DNA of 63,993 bases, filler included, from Perkinsus olseni (Eukaryota), in assembly GCA_013115125.1 (NCBI GenBank). It is 6 parts of 6 records of this genome, joined end to end, with 100 filler letters (N's around TTAATTAATTAA, not from the genome) between each part and the next. Parts side by side here need not be neighbours in the genome. Positions count along the whole stretch, not along the records: positions 22,221 to 33,218 come from JABANN010000847.1; positions 33,319 to 44,291 come from JABANN010000848.1; 4 more parts are not named here. One strand, 5' to 3'. The notes beneath the pieces were generated by a model, which was given only the letters and a program-made list of their open reading frames with translations, was not told where the DNA came from and searched no databases. The position numbers and the translations under genes are program-made. Of the stretch, positions 27,316 to 40,759 are shown piece by piece (the stretch's first letter is position 1; the number at the start of each line of letters is the position of its first letter).

Positions 27316-28942
27316 GTCCGAGTATGTTCTCGCTATCAATGTGGGGACCACATCGGCTAGGGCAGCCCTTTTTGCAAAGGACGCTCGATTGGCCCATTCT
27401 AGACAGTACTTTTTTGAACAGAAATATCAGAATCCAGGATGGTGTGAACAGGATCCATATGATATATTACAATCAACGATAAGATCAATTAATGAGGTGT
27501 CAGAACTGATAACACCTTATGGTTGTATAACAGCAGTTGGTATAACTAATCAACGTGAAACAGTTATAGCATGGGACAAGGTAACTGGTAAACCATTATA
27601 CAACGCTATTGTATGGCTTGATTTGAGGACCTATGATACTGTAAAGGCCCTTACGATGGATGGTAGTAAAGACAGATTCCGTCAGATTACTGGATTACCA
27701 ATCAGTACTTACTTTACTGCTCTCAAGATAAGATGGTTATTGGATAATGTGGATGATGTTAGTGATGCTGTGAAAGAAGGAAGATGCCTTTTCGGTACCG
27801 TTGACTCATGGCTGACATATAATCTAACAGGGGGGGCTGATAATGGTGGAATACATGTTACTGATGTTACCAATGCGTCGAGGTACGGAGATGCAGCGCT
27901 TCTCCTCGCCAGCGTTAGTATCCGTGCGATGACCTCGTGCCTTGTATAGATTGGCCAGTAAAGTCTGCTCAATGATTCATATTGTTTTCTCAGATACATG
28001 CTAATGGACCTGAAGACTCTTGAGTGGTCAGAGGAGGTATGTCATGCTCTTAACATACCCCTTGAGACGCTTCCCAAGATTGTACCGAGCTCTGGATACA
28101 TTGGTACCATATCCTCCGCCCTTCATCCTGCAATATGTAATGTCCCTATAACTGCTATGCTTGGAGATCAGCAATCTTCATTAGTCGGTCATGGTTGTAT
28201 ACAGGAAGGGCAAGGGAAGATGACGCTCGGTAAGGGTTGCTTTATGCTGGTCAATACAGGTCAGCATATTGTACCCTCATCATTCGGTATATTGACTACG
28301 GTAGCATTTCAAAGGAGTGGTGGTGATGTCTACTATGCGCTCGAGGGTTCGATCGCGAACACCGGTCGAGCAGTCCAGTGGTTGTGTGAAAAGTTACAGC
28401 TCATAGACACCCCGGATGAGGTAGAGAAGTTGGCACTCACCGTTCCCAACACTGGTGGAGTTACATTCGTGCCGGCCTTCACCGGCCTCTTCGCACCATA
28501 TTGGCGTCCTGATGCACGAGCAGTTATTACTGGTATGACATTAGGCACAACGAAGGCTCACATATGTCGGGCAGTACTGGAGGCAGTGGCTCTTCAAGTA
28601 TTGGATGTGGTGGAGGCCATGGAAAAGCATATTGGCCATCCATTGGAGATGTTCTATGTGGATGGTGGTATGACCAAGAATGATCTATTCCTGCAGATGC
28701 AGGCTGATACCCTGGTCAAGGAGCTATACCCTGCTAACCTATTTGAGTTTACCTCTTTTGGTGTTGCCTACGCTGCTGGGTTAGCGGTTGATTTCTGGGA
28801 TAATGTGCCGCTACAGAGTCTCATCTTGAACCTTGGTGGTCATAGGAAGGTGGAGCCTCACTCGGAGGCATTGACACAGAGAAAGGCTGTCAGGCGAAGA
28901 TGGAACGATGCGTTGCAACGCTCACTCAACTTGGAAGAGTAA
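27281..28942 (+). CDS. GK: Glycerol kinase paralog with altered active-site motifs (intron 27883-27993)
   Basis: Full-length FGGY fold, but INVGTTSAR replaces IDQGTTSSR and TLGKGCF replaces TYGTGCF; poly-Ser N-terminus. Confidence 0.9.
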
Positions 28943-29581
28943 GTTCGCCCGTGCAGTATAATGTTTCTAGTGTGGATCGTAGTATGATGAATCCGGTTCA
29001 AGATTAGAAGCACTGATGGGTTCAGTAGACCGGTATATAGGTGTCGGGTAACTGTAGTCATTGGACGCTACCTCCGCGGTTGTAGTGGTCGTCGGAATAT
29101 TTACGAACTTCCTGTACTATCGTACCATGCTTCAGTACTACGTGCTAGACCTGTTCGTGTTCGGTTCGGGAAAGATGGGGTATTCTACTCAGGCATTGCC
29201 CTTTACCGGATAACGATAAGGCTCGCATGCTTTGAAGAGTCGGGACGTCGAATCCACAGGAGGTTCAACATGACATCCTGCCTAGGGAGGCCATTTCGTG
29301 TAGTCTCAGCCGTGAGTTACGATGATTTTGAAGGATCGGACGATGTTGCGTGCATAGTGACTTGGAAGCAGACTGAGAAACATGAGATACGAACAGTTTG
29401 AAAAGCAGGAGTAATGGGAATGTGATGACATAATTGCGAAGGGGAGCCCATAGGCTGTATCACTCGCGCAACACTTCCGTACCATCATCGAAATATACAC
29501 GATAATACATCAACTGGGGATACATGAAACGTGCTACCCCATACTCCGACCTGAAGGTATAAATCAGTTGACGTCGACTTG

Positions 29582-32500
29582 TTACACTGATACTGTTTGA
29601 AACTGTGTAGTTGAAGACTTCGGCATCCTTGTCGCTCCTGAGTTTGTTGCGGGTGGATGCTCCAGCCAGTGCTTGTCTAGGTTGAAAGATTGGGTATCTT
29701 CTCCGAGCAGCCGTGTGTCTTCAATGATGACTTGGAGACAACAAAGGAACATACACACATTACCGTAGGTGTCCAGGAGGTTTATATATCTTCCCGACTC
29801 GACAGCCCGGTTTCGGATACTGATGCACAATGGGCTCCCTCGCCTGGGTGATCTACGGAAGTGCGAATTGACAATGGCCTGCTATCTGAGTATTGATAGC
29901 ACCTGTTCCAGGCTTGCAGTACTACCTTTGAGGCTTCTGCAACAACAATTACTCGTAGGTCTTGCATACCCATCGACGTCCTCCAATGAGGGTAGCTGCT
30001 TCAGTGTTATACCGGGTGATACTGCAGTCGAAGACAATGCGACTCGACGATAAGGTGGTGGACCGTCGCCTTACCCTCAACAGGCCCCGCCACATCATTC
30101 ACATCTACGGTCCGAGGTATCATACCACGTAGGATATTGGCAACCTGATGATTTGCCATTGACACAACGCCGATGAGTCTGAAGTACCGTTATGTGTGGT
30201 GTATTCGAGACACGAGTCCAGCAATTATGATGGAAGAGGTCGAGTGAGGAGACCTAATGAGAGGTGTCTGCTGAACAGAACGGGCTGGAGGATAGAGCAA
30301 GAGCATAGGCTCAAGTATCCACCAGCAAGGCCTCGCCGATTTGTGCCCAGTGCTGAGGTTCGAATCCGTTCACGACAGCGGCCTTGTTCGTTAGACATCC
30401 GCTATTGTGTATACCAACTCTGTCATCTGTTGCATTCTTGATCGGGGAAATTGATCGTGTCTGAGTCATGTCATCTTAGAGCTGCCGGGAATGTTTGCTG
30501 TGCAATCTACATGGGTAGGTCGAGCATAGCTACACTCCAGGGTATATGAATGGGTAATGCCGGTGAGCTTATGGATAGCCACACGCCCACATCCCTCTTT
30601 CGATGATACTGATGCTGCATCATTTCCTCCTTCATCATCCTCGTTATTCTCACTGTGTGCCACTTCATTGGACTGCTCTCCATCACCTGAACTACCCCGC
30701 TCATGTCAATACTGTTAGTCTGGCCCGTGGTAGTTCGTTCACCTGTAAGATTCCCAAGGGCAGCGCCACGTGAAGATTCTCGAGAGATGCGCTTATCCCT
30801 CTTTGACATGTTCTTCGCACTGAAGTTGCCTGCATGCACGGTAAGTGAGACTATACTCGAGGGTTGGAACCCTACCCACATTTATTCAAGTCGAAGTAGG
30901 GAGAATTAATCGCCATTACACGAGCAAAGGCCGTATTCCAAGCATGATGGAGCGGGCTATTCAAAGCATTGCCGAATCTAGAAACAACAGTCCAAGGGAG
31001 AACCTGCCCACGTGGAGGTCGCCAGATGCTTATATGCCTCCTGGTGCGGCAGGACTTTGTTAATGCGATCTTACAGGAAGCAGCCGGTCTTATTGGCGTG
31101 AGCATGTAGATCAACATACAGGTGTAGCAGGTCTCTCTGTGCGTATCCCTGAGCGAGCTCGACAATGGCTGTCACCTGCATGGATAATCTTATTGAGGGT
31201 TGTTCCAGCCTGTTGTAGCCCACCGCTTCATGGTCTGGCCCAGCGTTGGAGTAAAACCTGATAGGAAGTCACTTGGCGGCATTAAAACAATTCGTATGAT
31301 GATACACTGACCTGTTCAAGTTAATACCGCGACTATTGGTACGATAGTTTCCCATATGGACCCCATCAGGATTTATCATCGGTACAAACTTCAAATCATA
31401 ATGAGAGCGAAGTGCCGCTGCCCGAGGATCGTCTGATAGGGCCTCACAAAGAAGCGTTGGCTCGCCAAGACTGTTGGCATTATGCATCACTGACGGATGA
31501 GAGAAGTCAAACGATATTGATACGCTTACGAAGTTGAGTGCTCCGATCATAGCAAACTGCCCAGGTGTCTCTCCGGGATGGACTCTGGCTGTTAGAAATA
31601 TTATAGGCTTGGACGAGGAAGAGGAAGACTCTTGCTCGTTAGTAATCTTATCAGCGGTTGAAGTGACTGTGAGGAGATCCACTCGACCTACAGCGTACCC
31701 GTTTTCCTAGACATCGCATTACGGCCTAGGTTCACATAATGATGATGAATCATCATCATTGATGATGATGAAGCGCTCCATCTTACGTCCACATAAGCTC
31801 CTTGCGAGAAGATCGCGCGATAGGTGTGCATCCCGACCGAGATGTAACCCTTCTGCTGGGGTATTGGTAGAGTTGAATGGCGTGAACAATAGCCCGTTAA
31901 TAATAGTGGGTAATGGTGCAGAGGGGTGCTCGGGTGCTAATGGCGGCCTTAGCCCTCTTCGGCCGTTGTAACTCATCGCCTACCACGACATATACTCTCG
32001 AGCTGTTCTAGATAGAGCTGTAAGTCATCGTACCCAAAGGGATAGCACATAGCGAAGTATACGGTGGCCTCTGGAGAGTACCTAGCGAAGCCTCACATAG
32101 CCAAGCTCGAGGAACACGTAGCGTTACAACTACCTCACTACCACTACCAACGGCATCGCTGCTACTCACTTGTATTTGTACGACCATCTCAGCTCGTAGT
32201 TCCTATCCTTCTTGGAGCCTGAGAGATTAAGTTCGCTGAGAAGAGATGGAACTAGGCAGGCCTCGGCACCTTGGCGTAGTAGAAGGGTGCGGCCCTCTAT
32301 TCTCTTCCACTGTGGATCATCTGGGATGGCGCGTGTGACTGGTCGTAATTTATGGACATTGAATAGCTGTCTCTGCTTGCCCATGTTATCTGAGGGTCTA
32401 ACAATGGCTTACGGGCATGAGAAGCGGAGGCGCTCGAAATGAGTAGGGATTCTACCGCATGAGTCATAGGATACTCACTTATCGCGAAGGCAACCTTCTG

Positions 32501-32819
32501 ATCAGCAGTGAACCCTCGTACACCTGCCTTTAGCCCGTTCGCATCTACTCGTGCTCGGGTTATAGCCAGGACTCACCAAAATAGAACCAGGCCTTGAAGT
32601 GGCTCTCATATTGTGTCCCATCACAATCGTGGGCCATCCACAGGTTATACCTACCCTCCTCGACTGAAGTCGTAGCACGCAATCTACTCATGAATCATCG
32701 TACGTGTTAGACGCTGCGTCGTAGTCCACAGCGCATGTGTTTCCGGAATCGAAGTCGGAGGAGAATGTAAGGTTACCGACTGCAACCTCGTGGATCTTGG
32801 AGGATATGCTCGATGACAT
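29582..32819 (-). CDS. Cytosolic carboxypeptidase (M14D, AGBL/CCP tubulin deglutamylase-like); multi-exon, 3' end approximate
   Basis: [37 protein letters not shown] and SYTLECSY motifs. Confidence 0.9.
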
Positions 32820-33218
32820 CTTTGTAGAAGAAAGCTCACATAAGACGATAATTGACCTGTTCACCCCCGTCATCATCATTATCGAGATGCCGTTGACCTA
32901 GGCCGTTGGCCCAGGGCCACGGGATGCATGTGTAGTTGCATCGGGGCGGTTGTTTGACACTCTGTAGTTCTCGGATATGACGCAACCCAGGCAACAGGCA
33001 GGATATGATCCTGGTAGTAGCCGTTGGCGCTGTGCTTCGGAAGTGGCATCGGCGAAGTACTCTCTTTATGCCCACGGTGGCCCAGTGATCTGGCTACATC
33101 TGGTAGGGAGTCAGTAACCCGCTGTGTGGGAGATGTAGCATCCTGGTGTCGGATACTCGTGTCCCTATTTGTGTGCCTCCGTATCCCTTGGCTAAGCTAT
33201 GGCTAGTAGTCTGCCCTA

Positions 33219-33318
33219 NNNNNNNNNNNNNNNNNNNNNNNNNNNNNNNNNNNNNNNNNNNNTTAATTAATTAANNNNNNNNNNNNNNNNNNNNNNNNNN
33301 NNNNNNNNNNNNNNNNNN
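33219..33318. other. Artificial contig linker
   Basis: N44-TTAATTAATTAA-N44. Confidence 0.99.
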
Positions 33319-33405
33319 CGGTGTGTTGGGCACACTCGCCACAGTAACTGGTCTGAGCGTCACAGTATGCGTGGAACTAATGGTCAGAGCGGGCACACGA
33401 GTCCC

Positions 33406-33533
33406 GCAATGGGCTGACACTTGTGGCTAGCTGAGACCGACAGGGTTGTGTGGCAAACACAACATAGGGGTACGAGTAAGGTGAGGTAACGACTTAGACT
33501 CGGACTGTACCTCCAAGCACAAGTGTTTTCCAA
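33406..33533. repeat. Dispersed repeat shared with 21727..21860 (possibly decayed retroelement RNase H)
   Basis: Collinear nucleotide match; the minus strand gives RRNY..E...WKTLVLG-like peptides. Confidence 0.75.
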
Positions 33534-36500
33534 GTCCTAACCGGTCGCTCGGTTATGACGACGATATAGTTTCTCCTGCTGCGTTGGAGGAGACGCCTCC
33601 CACTCTTCCTGTGGAAGTGGTGCCCACTCAGTTCATGTTACGACAGTGCGGAATGACGTCGCTGTTCTTCTGCATGACGCAGACGAATATGGGACGGCCC
33701 GAGACCAACTCGGGCACGTTTCGGAACAATAGTTGATTGCACGTTATCTCACAGTCTCGACGATGCAGATTGATGATGGTTTCGTGCTCCCTGGGCTCCT
33801 CCCGGAGTGCATCGATTCACAGATCAATGGAAGATAGTTTAAGAACTAAGTTCTTGCTTTCTTTCTGGTAGTGGCCTGGCACTATGAATGAAGTAGAATG
33901 AGATTTATCAAAGCTAGAGTTTCCCTGAGCTTCGCATTGATGGTTCGGTGAACACAACGCCTGAGTAGCTACACACACCATCATCATCATCATCAGACAT
34001 GTCACTTTAAGCATGGCCTTTCGAGTAGGCGATATACCAATGATGTAAGTAACTTATAAACAGCAGCGGATAGAAATAGGCTGGACCGAGACAAGTCTGC
34101 CGCACAATAATCATTCTGGGCGCCACTGGTTTCGCCATCTAGCATCCTCAGCAAGCGCCCGATATATCTTGCACAAATCTTCGAATGTTCCATACTGACG
34201 CTTCAGAGCATACACCACAGCCGAGCAGAAGTTGCTAAGCTTCTCATCCACTCTAAATTCATCCTCGATATTCTCATCTTCTTCGATCTCACCCTCGAAT
34301 ATAGAGAACTCCCCGGTTGTTCTCCTCCGATCACGAATGGCGGAGTGCAAGCTGTCTCTTTCGGCTCGAAAAGTAGAAACGTCCAGCCCCAAGAGCGGAT
34401 CCCGGCTAATGTTGGCAGGGGTGGGGAAAACAAATGGATCGAGATCGGCGTTGAGATTTTCTCGATCGCGAATATAGTCAACTATCACTCCATTCGACCC
34501 GTAGCTGAAGAAGATACGCTACAACTTCGGAAAAAGCAAGATTGGAGAAAACAAGGTTGGAATGTCGTTAATGCCAATTGCATTGAGGCCTCACTTTGCA
34601 GAAAACGCAGTATGCGCTCTAGTTTTCGGGCATATAATGTATTTCGTTTCCGTGGCCTCCTCCCGCACTCGAAACTCGAATGCTGCCTGTTTGCTCTTGT
34701 TCCCCCAATTCTCATATTCACACGAAGTAATATTAAACTTCGACCTTACGGATAATATATAACGAGGAGGATAGTCCTGAAGGAGAGAGGCATCGCAGAG
34801 GTACGGTTGAGTAGTACATCAAACCGAAAGAAGCTATGAAGCTTGAGGTAAGCTTAATGAAACAGCTTCATGAGCTGGCTAGTGCACATCCGTTGGAGCA
34901 CAGCCTTCAATTCTATTGCACAGGATTATATTGCATTTATAGCTACGAGGTAAGTCCCTCAAGGCCCCTGAGCAACAACTACAGGCTGTAGCTGACACCT
35001 ACATCAATGCCGACTCTGACTGACATGACTGAGAAGTGCCGCATGGGGCATTCGAACCTGCGTGCTATATTTTGAGCGCGAAAAGTGTTCACGGATTGAG
35101 TCTAATATTTTTTATTTCAGTCCATATGAAGTTAATATTATGAACCACCGAAAGGATACTCTCCAGCTTAGTAAAGTTGGATGGAAGTAAACCGAGTTCC
35201 TCACTGTGATCCTCTCCTCCTCAGCTTCGACTGATGCAACAGAGGGACGGCCACTCCCGACAGCTTCCTCGTAACTGATACGGTGATTACATGCATACTG
35301 GAGGCCTGTTTGTCACGTACGAAGGTGGCGGGCCTCTCTTGGTATAATCTGCGCGGATGTGACCAATATTCCTGTTGGTATGAGAGCGCGTTCTGTCCCG
35401 GGAGCGTGGTCGACCTTCGCTCAGCCCCATTCGAAGTGCCTCGTCGTATCTGACAGAGTTTGGAAGCTCAGTACCGGAGCAAATTCGAAGTAGGTACGTA
35501 GGGGGTGGTTCATCTTGGCTTGGAAGGCTGGCAGCCTAGGCGCTCGTTTCCTGGATCCTGTCTCGGGAACGTCGACCGTGCCTAGACTTGGCTTGGCTCA
35601 CAACTCGCAAGAAACGTCCGCGCTATTACACGCCGTGTAGAGCATTGATCGGCATGGTAGCGAGGCCGAGGAAGACAAGAATCCGTGGTGAATACGGCAT
35701 TTGTGCGGAACCGAACTGACGGGGGAAGGCAGAATAAAGAAACACTATGCATGGTGCCATCACGCATTATATCTACGCTCAGCGGATCAGAAGATGATGA
35801 TACCATTCATGATGCTCAGGGCCGAGACGCTATCGTGTAACGCGATAGACGCTGTTCTCGGAGGGTAAAGTCTCGAGGTTAGTGAGACGGGTTGACAACA
35901 GCACAGCGTCTCGTCTCGCTAGGCGAGCGAGAGGGGCGCATGTGGTAGCGCATGCCACGTACAGTCTTGCACTACGTACTGGCAGCTGTGGCCACGGTGG
36001 CTACCTCGAAATTCGGGCTTTGAATTCGTTGCTGCCCATCATCTCATCAGCTCTGTCGAATATGTGGGAAAGGACGCCGTCAGGCGTCTCGGTGACGATT
36101 TGCCTTTGTCGATATAAACTACTGCGATCTCGACCGACCATGACTGGCGGTTGGTGAAGTCATCATCATCTGGATGACTCTGGTTTCAGAATAAACCCGT
36201 CATCCTCGTGTGACATGACTCCCCGCGAGACATCAGCTTCTGAGTGCAACGCCAAGTCTGACAGCTGCGGCTCGCCGCGGGCTACTTAGAAAAGATATTC
36301 ATGACTATGAGTTTGAGGCCTCCCAACTAATGGAGAACTCAACAGCACTCAGTCGGCTGCTTACCGCCTTAAACATTAAGTGTTATTATCATTCGTCGCC
36401 TACGTACGCCGAGTATATCATCGAAAACATCATCAAGCCTCCAATAGCTCTCATAATCAGCGAACCGAGGTCGATTTCGGGGCCGTCCTGAATCGACAAC

Positions 36501-37850
36501 AATGTTAGACGACGTCGAACTAAAAATTAGATAACTTACATCTAGCGGCTTGCTGGTGGCCGCCGCGGTGAAGTTGCAAACGGGGCCGGGAGAATCTTTC
36601 AATTTGTAACTCACCCGCGTGTTCTCATACCTGAAAATAATTCCGAGCGGCATAAACTTCACTCACACCCACTTCATGGCTTCTCGGAGCCTCATATTCG
36701 ACAAGAGCAACTCTTCGAACAGACGTCTTGTCCTGAATTCCTGATTTGTGGTAAACCTGAGATTCGCACGATCACCTTCGAGAGAAGGAAGGTGGTTTGT
36801 GTGAGTTTATAGTCCAACGCTTACGGTTCCGGCTTAGTTAGACTCGAAGCCGATGTGCTCAGCTAAGGGCTATCTGTAGCCTTGACATGCAGTGCAATCA
36901 CACAAGAGAGTGGGGCCATCAGAGAAGAGGCGATGGAATTATAGACAATGGGAAGGGGAAGATGTTGCTCACATGTTTGCCAGCAGCAACAGAGTGGCGA
37001 ATATGGGCGGGAAGAGTCTCCGTAAGAACTCAACCTTCTCGAAGGGCAGCAAGGCAGCCACGAAGGGAACGTCGTCGAAGGCTGTCGGTGAGAGGATACG
37101 ACAGTACCTTCCGAGAGCAGCGAGAATCAGCGATTAACACTCGCCGAATGTGAAGCCTCGATGGCAGGACAGAGCTGCTGCCCACCCATCTGAGTCATTT
37201 TTAATGTTCATGCATATCCATATTGTTATCCGGTTACTTCGGACGGTCATTCATATTCTCGTGAAAGAAATAATATTACAAAAATGGTAGAATGGCAAAT
37301 TGACATTATTCCACTCATGAGCAGTTCTGAGCAGTTGAACAACTTTGTCCATATCAAATCTTCGATAGATCCCAAGTTCGATGAATGGCGGCAGACGATG
37401 AGTCCGTTGGAACTCTCAATCAACCCATAGTCTAGCGCCATTCGTTTCCAACTTCAAAGCGGAACTGCCTCAGAAAGAGTGAAGAACGGCCGCTGAGAAA
37501 TAAGACAGAACAAAAGTCCCTCGTGAACTTACAGCTCCAAGACGAATGACGTGAGCAGGATTGCAGCAGTTGTATTCATGAGGGCCTGCGGAGTCCCCAC
37601 AGCGAGGGCGGCCGCCAGACACAAGCACAGTATCTACACAAAGGAGCGTGGACCCGACACCGCGGGGTTGCAGAAGCTACCTGTACGAATCCTGACTGGA
37701 CGAGGACGAGGGTGACCGTGGGGGCCTCCTCGGCATCGCCGGTCTGAAGCGGCAACACAATCATCAAAGCCGAAGAGTGCCCCCTCCCGCGGGAATTCTA
37801 TACTCATGCTGGTGGGGTTCAGAAGCTCGCAAGCTTCGCACGGTACAATG

Positions 37851-38131
37851 AACTGGTTAATCCTGCCAGTAGTAAAATGCTCATCTCGAAGATTAAGCCA
37901 TGCATGTCTACAGGTTGAACCAATTCGATACGCAAATCCGATTTGCCAAATCGCGAAAGTGACGTTTCTCCGTAGAAACAAAGTTACTATTTACCAGAGC
38001 TGAGCACCTTATGTCCAACTTGCGCCTAGCAAGAGGGCAATCTCATATTTTTCAAATTGGTTCAGCCTGTAGCTAAAAACTTTAAACAGCGAATCTCCGA
38101 ACGGCTCATTAAAACGGTTTTAGTCTATTTC
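37851..38131 (+). pseudogene. 18S rRNA 5'-end relic, interrupted by a MITE
   Basis: aactggttaatcctgccagtagt..gattaagccatgcatgtcta, resuming ..cgaacggctcattaaaacggtt; many substitutions and no continuation. Confidence 0.9.
37911..38069. mobile_element. 159-bp Tc1/mariner-type MITE
   Basis: TIRs caggttgaaccaattcga / tcaaattggttcagcctg (16/18 match); TA on both sides (37909-10, 38070-71). Confidence 0.85.
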
Positions 38132-39646
38132 GCAATCGATGACTATTTTTCATCTTGACGTGTAATGCTTCCAGTGGTGACAGGTGTTAAGTAGTTCACT
38201 CAGTTTTCCGTCCTTTGGCGGTCCGGGGCAAGTTAACCTACCATTTGAAGGATATCACCGAATACGTTATATTCTGACCTCCTTCTCGCTTTGCCGAGCA
38301 CAGCGTAAGCTCTGTCATATCTGAGATGGTCGTGCATAGGATTGAACCGGATACCTTTCGATTACGTCTCCTTGAGTCGGCGATCATCCGCCTCAGCAGA
38401 CAGCTTCTTGTACATCTGATAGACCTCAATATGCTGGGCATCCTTATTTACGTGCAAGACGTTGTAATAGTTCGGTGTTGCAGCTGTCCAGGCGTAGTAG
38501 TACATCCCGATAATGACAACTATCGCAACCTAAAACAGGTGGTGAAGAGAGCCCTCCCGACACCCAGCCGATCCAGACGAATACAAGTGTGAGCTCCGCC
38601 GCGCTCTGTGCTGGCATACCACCGAGTAGGTACCCATCGGGCCATCATTCAGTACTGATTCAACCACACTTTAGCGAGCTCTCCCGAAGGCCCGTCAATT
38701 GGCGAGCTTGGATCTATCTACTAGATAGTATCTAGTATTCCCAAGCCCCTTCTCGGAGATTCGACCACGGGACCTACGAGGACGTTTGGACGCTTCCACA
38801 GTTGCAGCCGCTGGCGCTGTGACTTGTCGTTGGGATGGTCGAGGGAGAGAAGGACCCTGGCAACGAAGGCAACCCTCAGGGTGGACTGTGAAGAGGATAA
38901 GCAGCTCACTTGACGATAGGGACGAGAAAAATGAAGGGCAACAGAACCGCGTCTAGGGGGCAGCTGGAAGAGAGACCCGCCACCACCACCATCACTAAGG
39001 AGTAAAAACTGCAAAGGCGAATTTGTGAAGAGACTGACTGATTGAGAACACAACACCCGGGTTTTGCCATTTGGAATCCGATCTGTCATCTGCTGTTTCT
39101 TATCATCCGCTACTTAGCTTAGCTTCAGTGTATCTTCTTGTCGGGGCAGCAAGATAGGATGGGGGATATAAACATTACAAATTCGAGACGAGCGGGTGCC
39201 CAATAAACTCATTCTGAGACTCAGAAGAAAATCTGGATTTGCTCTTCACGTGGGGAAAGAATCGCTCGTGAGCTTAACAATAAAGTCACGGAATTGAAGG
39301 TACCACAACTACGCAATGATAGGATTCGTATAACTCAGGTCGCGCAAAGACACGACACACAGTATTGGCATCCTCAGGCCCTCGCTGAACCAAATGGCAA
39401 GAAGTTTCCCTGTCCAAATGGCACATACCATTCTGAATCACAAGAATAGCCATTCAGCGCACAGCCATTGAAGCTCCTCTAGGGAATACTCAGCAACGCA
39501 ACAGTGATCGAGACGAACACCTCCTCCTGGCAGTAGCGGTCACCGAGGGCCGCAACGACAAGAGGCATGAACAACAACAAAAATGTCATAGAACTCTCCC
39601 GTGAACAGGAGCTCAGTCCGCTTGCCATTAACCGATCACCGGACTA

Positions 39647-40759
39647 TCAGATGAGGGGAACCGTAAGATGCCTCCTCCCCCGTTGAACCCTCAAAGCCGT
39701 CGTGCCCTCGTCGAGGTGGTCTACCCATCCCTCCTGCATCGCTGTACCGTGCCTCCGACCACGAGCTTGCTCACTATCCCCGGTCGTCCAGTCGACTATG
39801 TGATCTTTCCAACCTTCCTCAATCGACCCAGCATGGACTCTACCTCGCGTCTTCTCGGAGATATCACCAACAGCAGTACCACCATCAATATGGTCCTTGA
39901 CATAATCCGCTTCCCAATCCGGCCTGCTCCTGCCCTGCGCCCGTCCAGTCGGTCCTTCCGCCTCTCCAGCATGAATCATATGGTCCCTATTCCCCTCCTC
40001 GTGATGGCCTCTGCCGTGGGGATGGTCCTCGTCCGTGTCACCGTAAGCGACAGTGCCTGCCTTGATGTGGTCAGACCAGCCCTCAGTGGTGGCGTCAGCG
40101 TGCCTCATGCCATGCGCCGGCTCCTCGACATTCCCAACTCCCTCGTTCGCGAAGTGATCCTCCCAGCCTTCAGCTTCCGGCGAGGCCATCTTCCTCCCCC
40201 AAGGTCTCTGCCCTGGATCTCGTCTGCTAGTATTACCAAAGACATGATCGTGCCAGCCCTCTACCGACGGACGGGCATGCCTCCTGCCCTCGGGCCTGTG
40301 CAGCGGTTCGATCGGATCGTCTCCGCAGGCATCTGACGATTCCAGGCCTCTCCCTTCGTCCTGCCCAATTCGGTCCCGAGTGCTGCCCTCCTCTTGAGGC
40401 CTCACCCTCCCGCCAACCGACCCCTCGCTCCTGCCAAACCCTCCCAACTGCAGCTCTCGGGTACTACTAGGGCCGCCCCACCTCGCATCCCTCTCGCCTA
40501 CTAAACCTTCATCATGGTAGTCCTGGTCGCTCTGAAAATGAAGGTAAGTCCCAGGAAGAGAACAGGTCACATCGAGCCCAGCACGACGAAGCCTAAGAGG
40601 CACCCGTCCCCCTACCAAAAATGCATGAGAGTCTTCCTTCGTATCAGCAGCAGGAGGCCGCCGATCTTGCCGCTGGTCAGACTCCTTCCAAGTCCAGTCG
40701 AAACAAGCATCGAGTTCGTCTGCAGCGAACGGCGGCTCCTCCGACCTCCGCCTTCCCAC
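39647..40759 (-). CDS. Tandem-repeat protein with GRRH...EGWxDH units (exon limits uncertain)
   Basis: 370-codon open frame with 7-8 repeats of about 30 aa. Confidence 0.7.
   Translation of the reverse strand: MGRRRSEEPPFAADELDACFDWTWKESDQRQDRRPPAADTKEDSHAFLVGGRVPLRLRRAGLDVTCSLPGTYLHFQSDQDYHDEGLVGERDARWGGPSSTRELQLGGFGRSEGSVGGRVRPQEEGSTRDRIGQDEGRGLESSDACGDDPIEPLHRPEGRRHARPSVEGWHDHVFGNTSRRDPGQRPWGRKMASPEAEGWEDHFANEGVGNVEEPAHGMRHADATTEGWSDHIKAGTVAYGDTDEDHPHGRGHHEEGNRDHMIHAGEAEGPTGRAQGRSRPDWEADYVKDHIDGGTAVGDISEKTRGRVHAGSIEEGWKDHIVDWTTGDSEQARGRRHGTAMQEGWVDHLDEGTTALRVQRGRRHLTVPLI

Noticed and set aside
34111-34760. Possible transposase or gene remnant
   Set aside because: Coding-like, but no recognisable motif to support a call.
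35036-35066. tRNA gene (GGTTCGAAT on the minus strand)
   Set aside because: Only a B-box-like word; no cloverleaf.
39668-40336. 222-aa plus-strand ORF
   Set aside because: Antisense shadow of the repeat protein.
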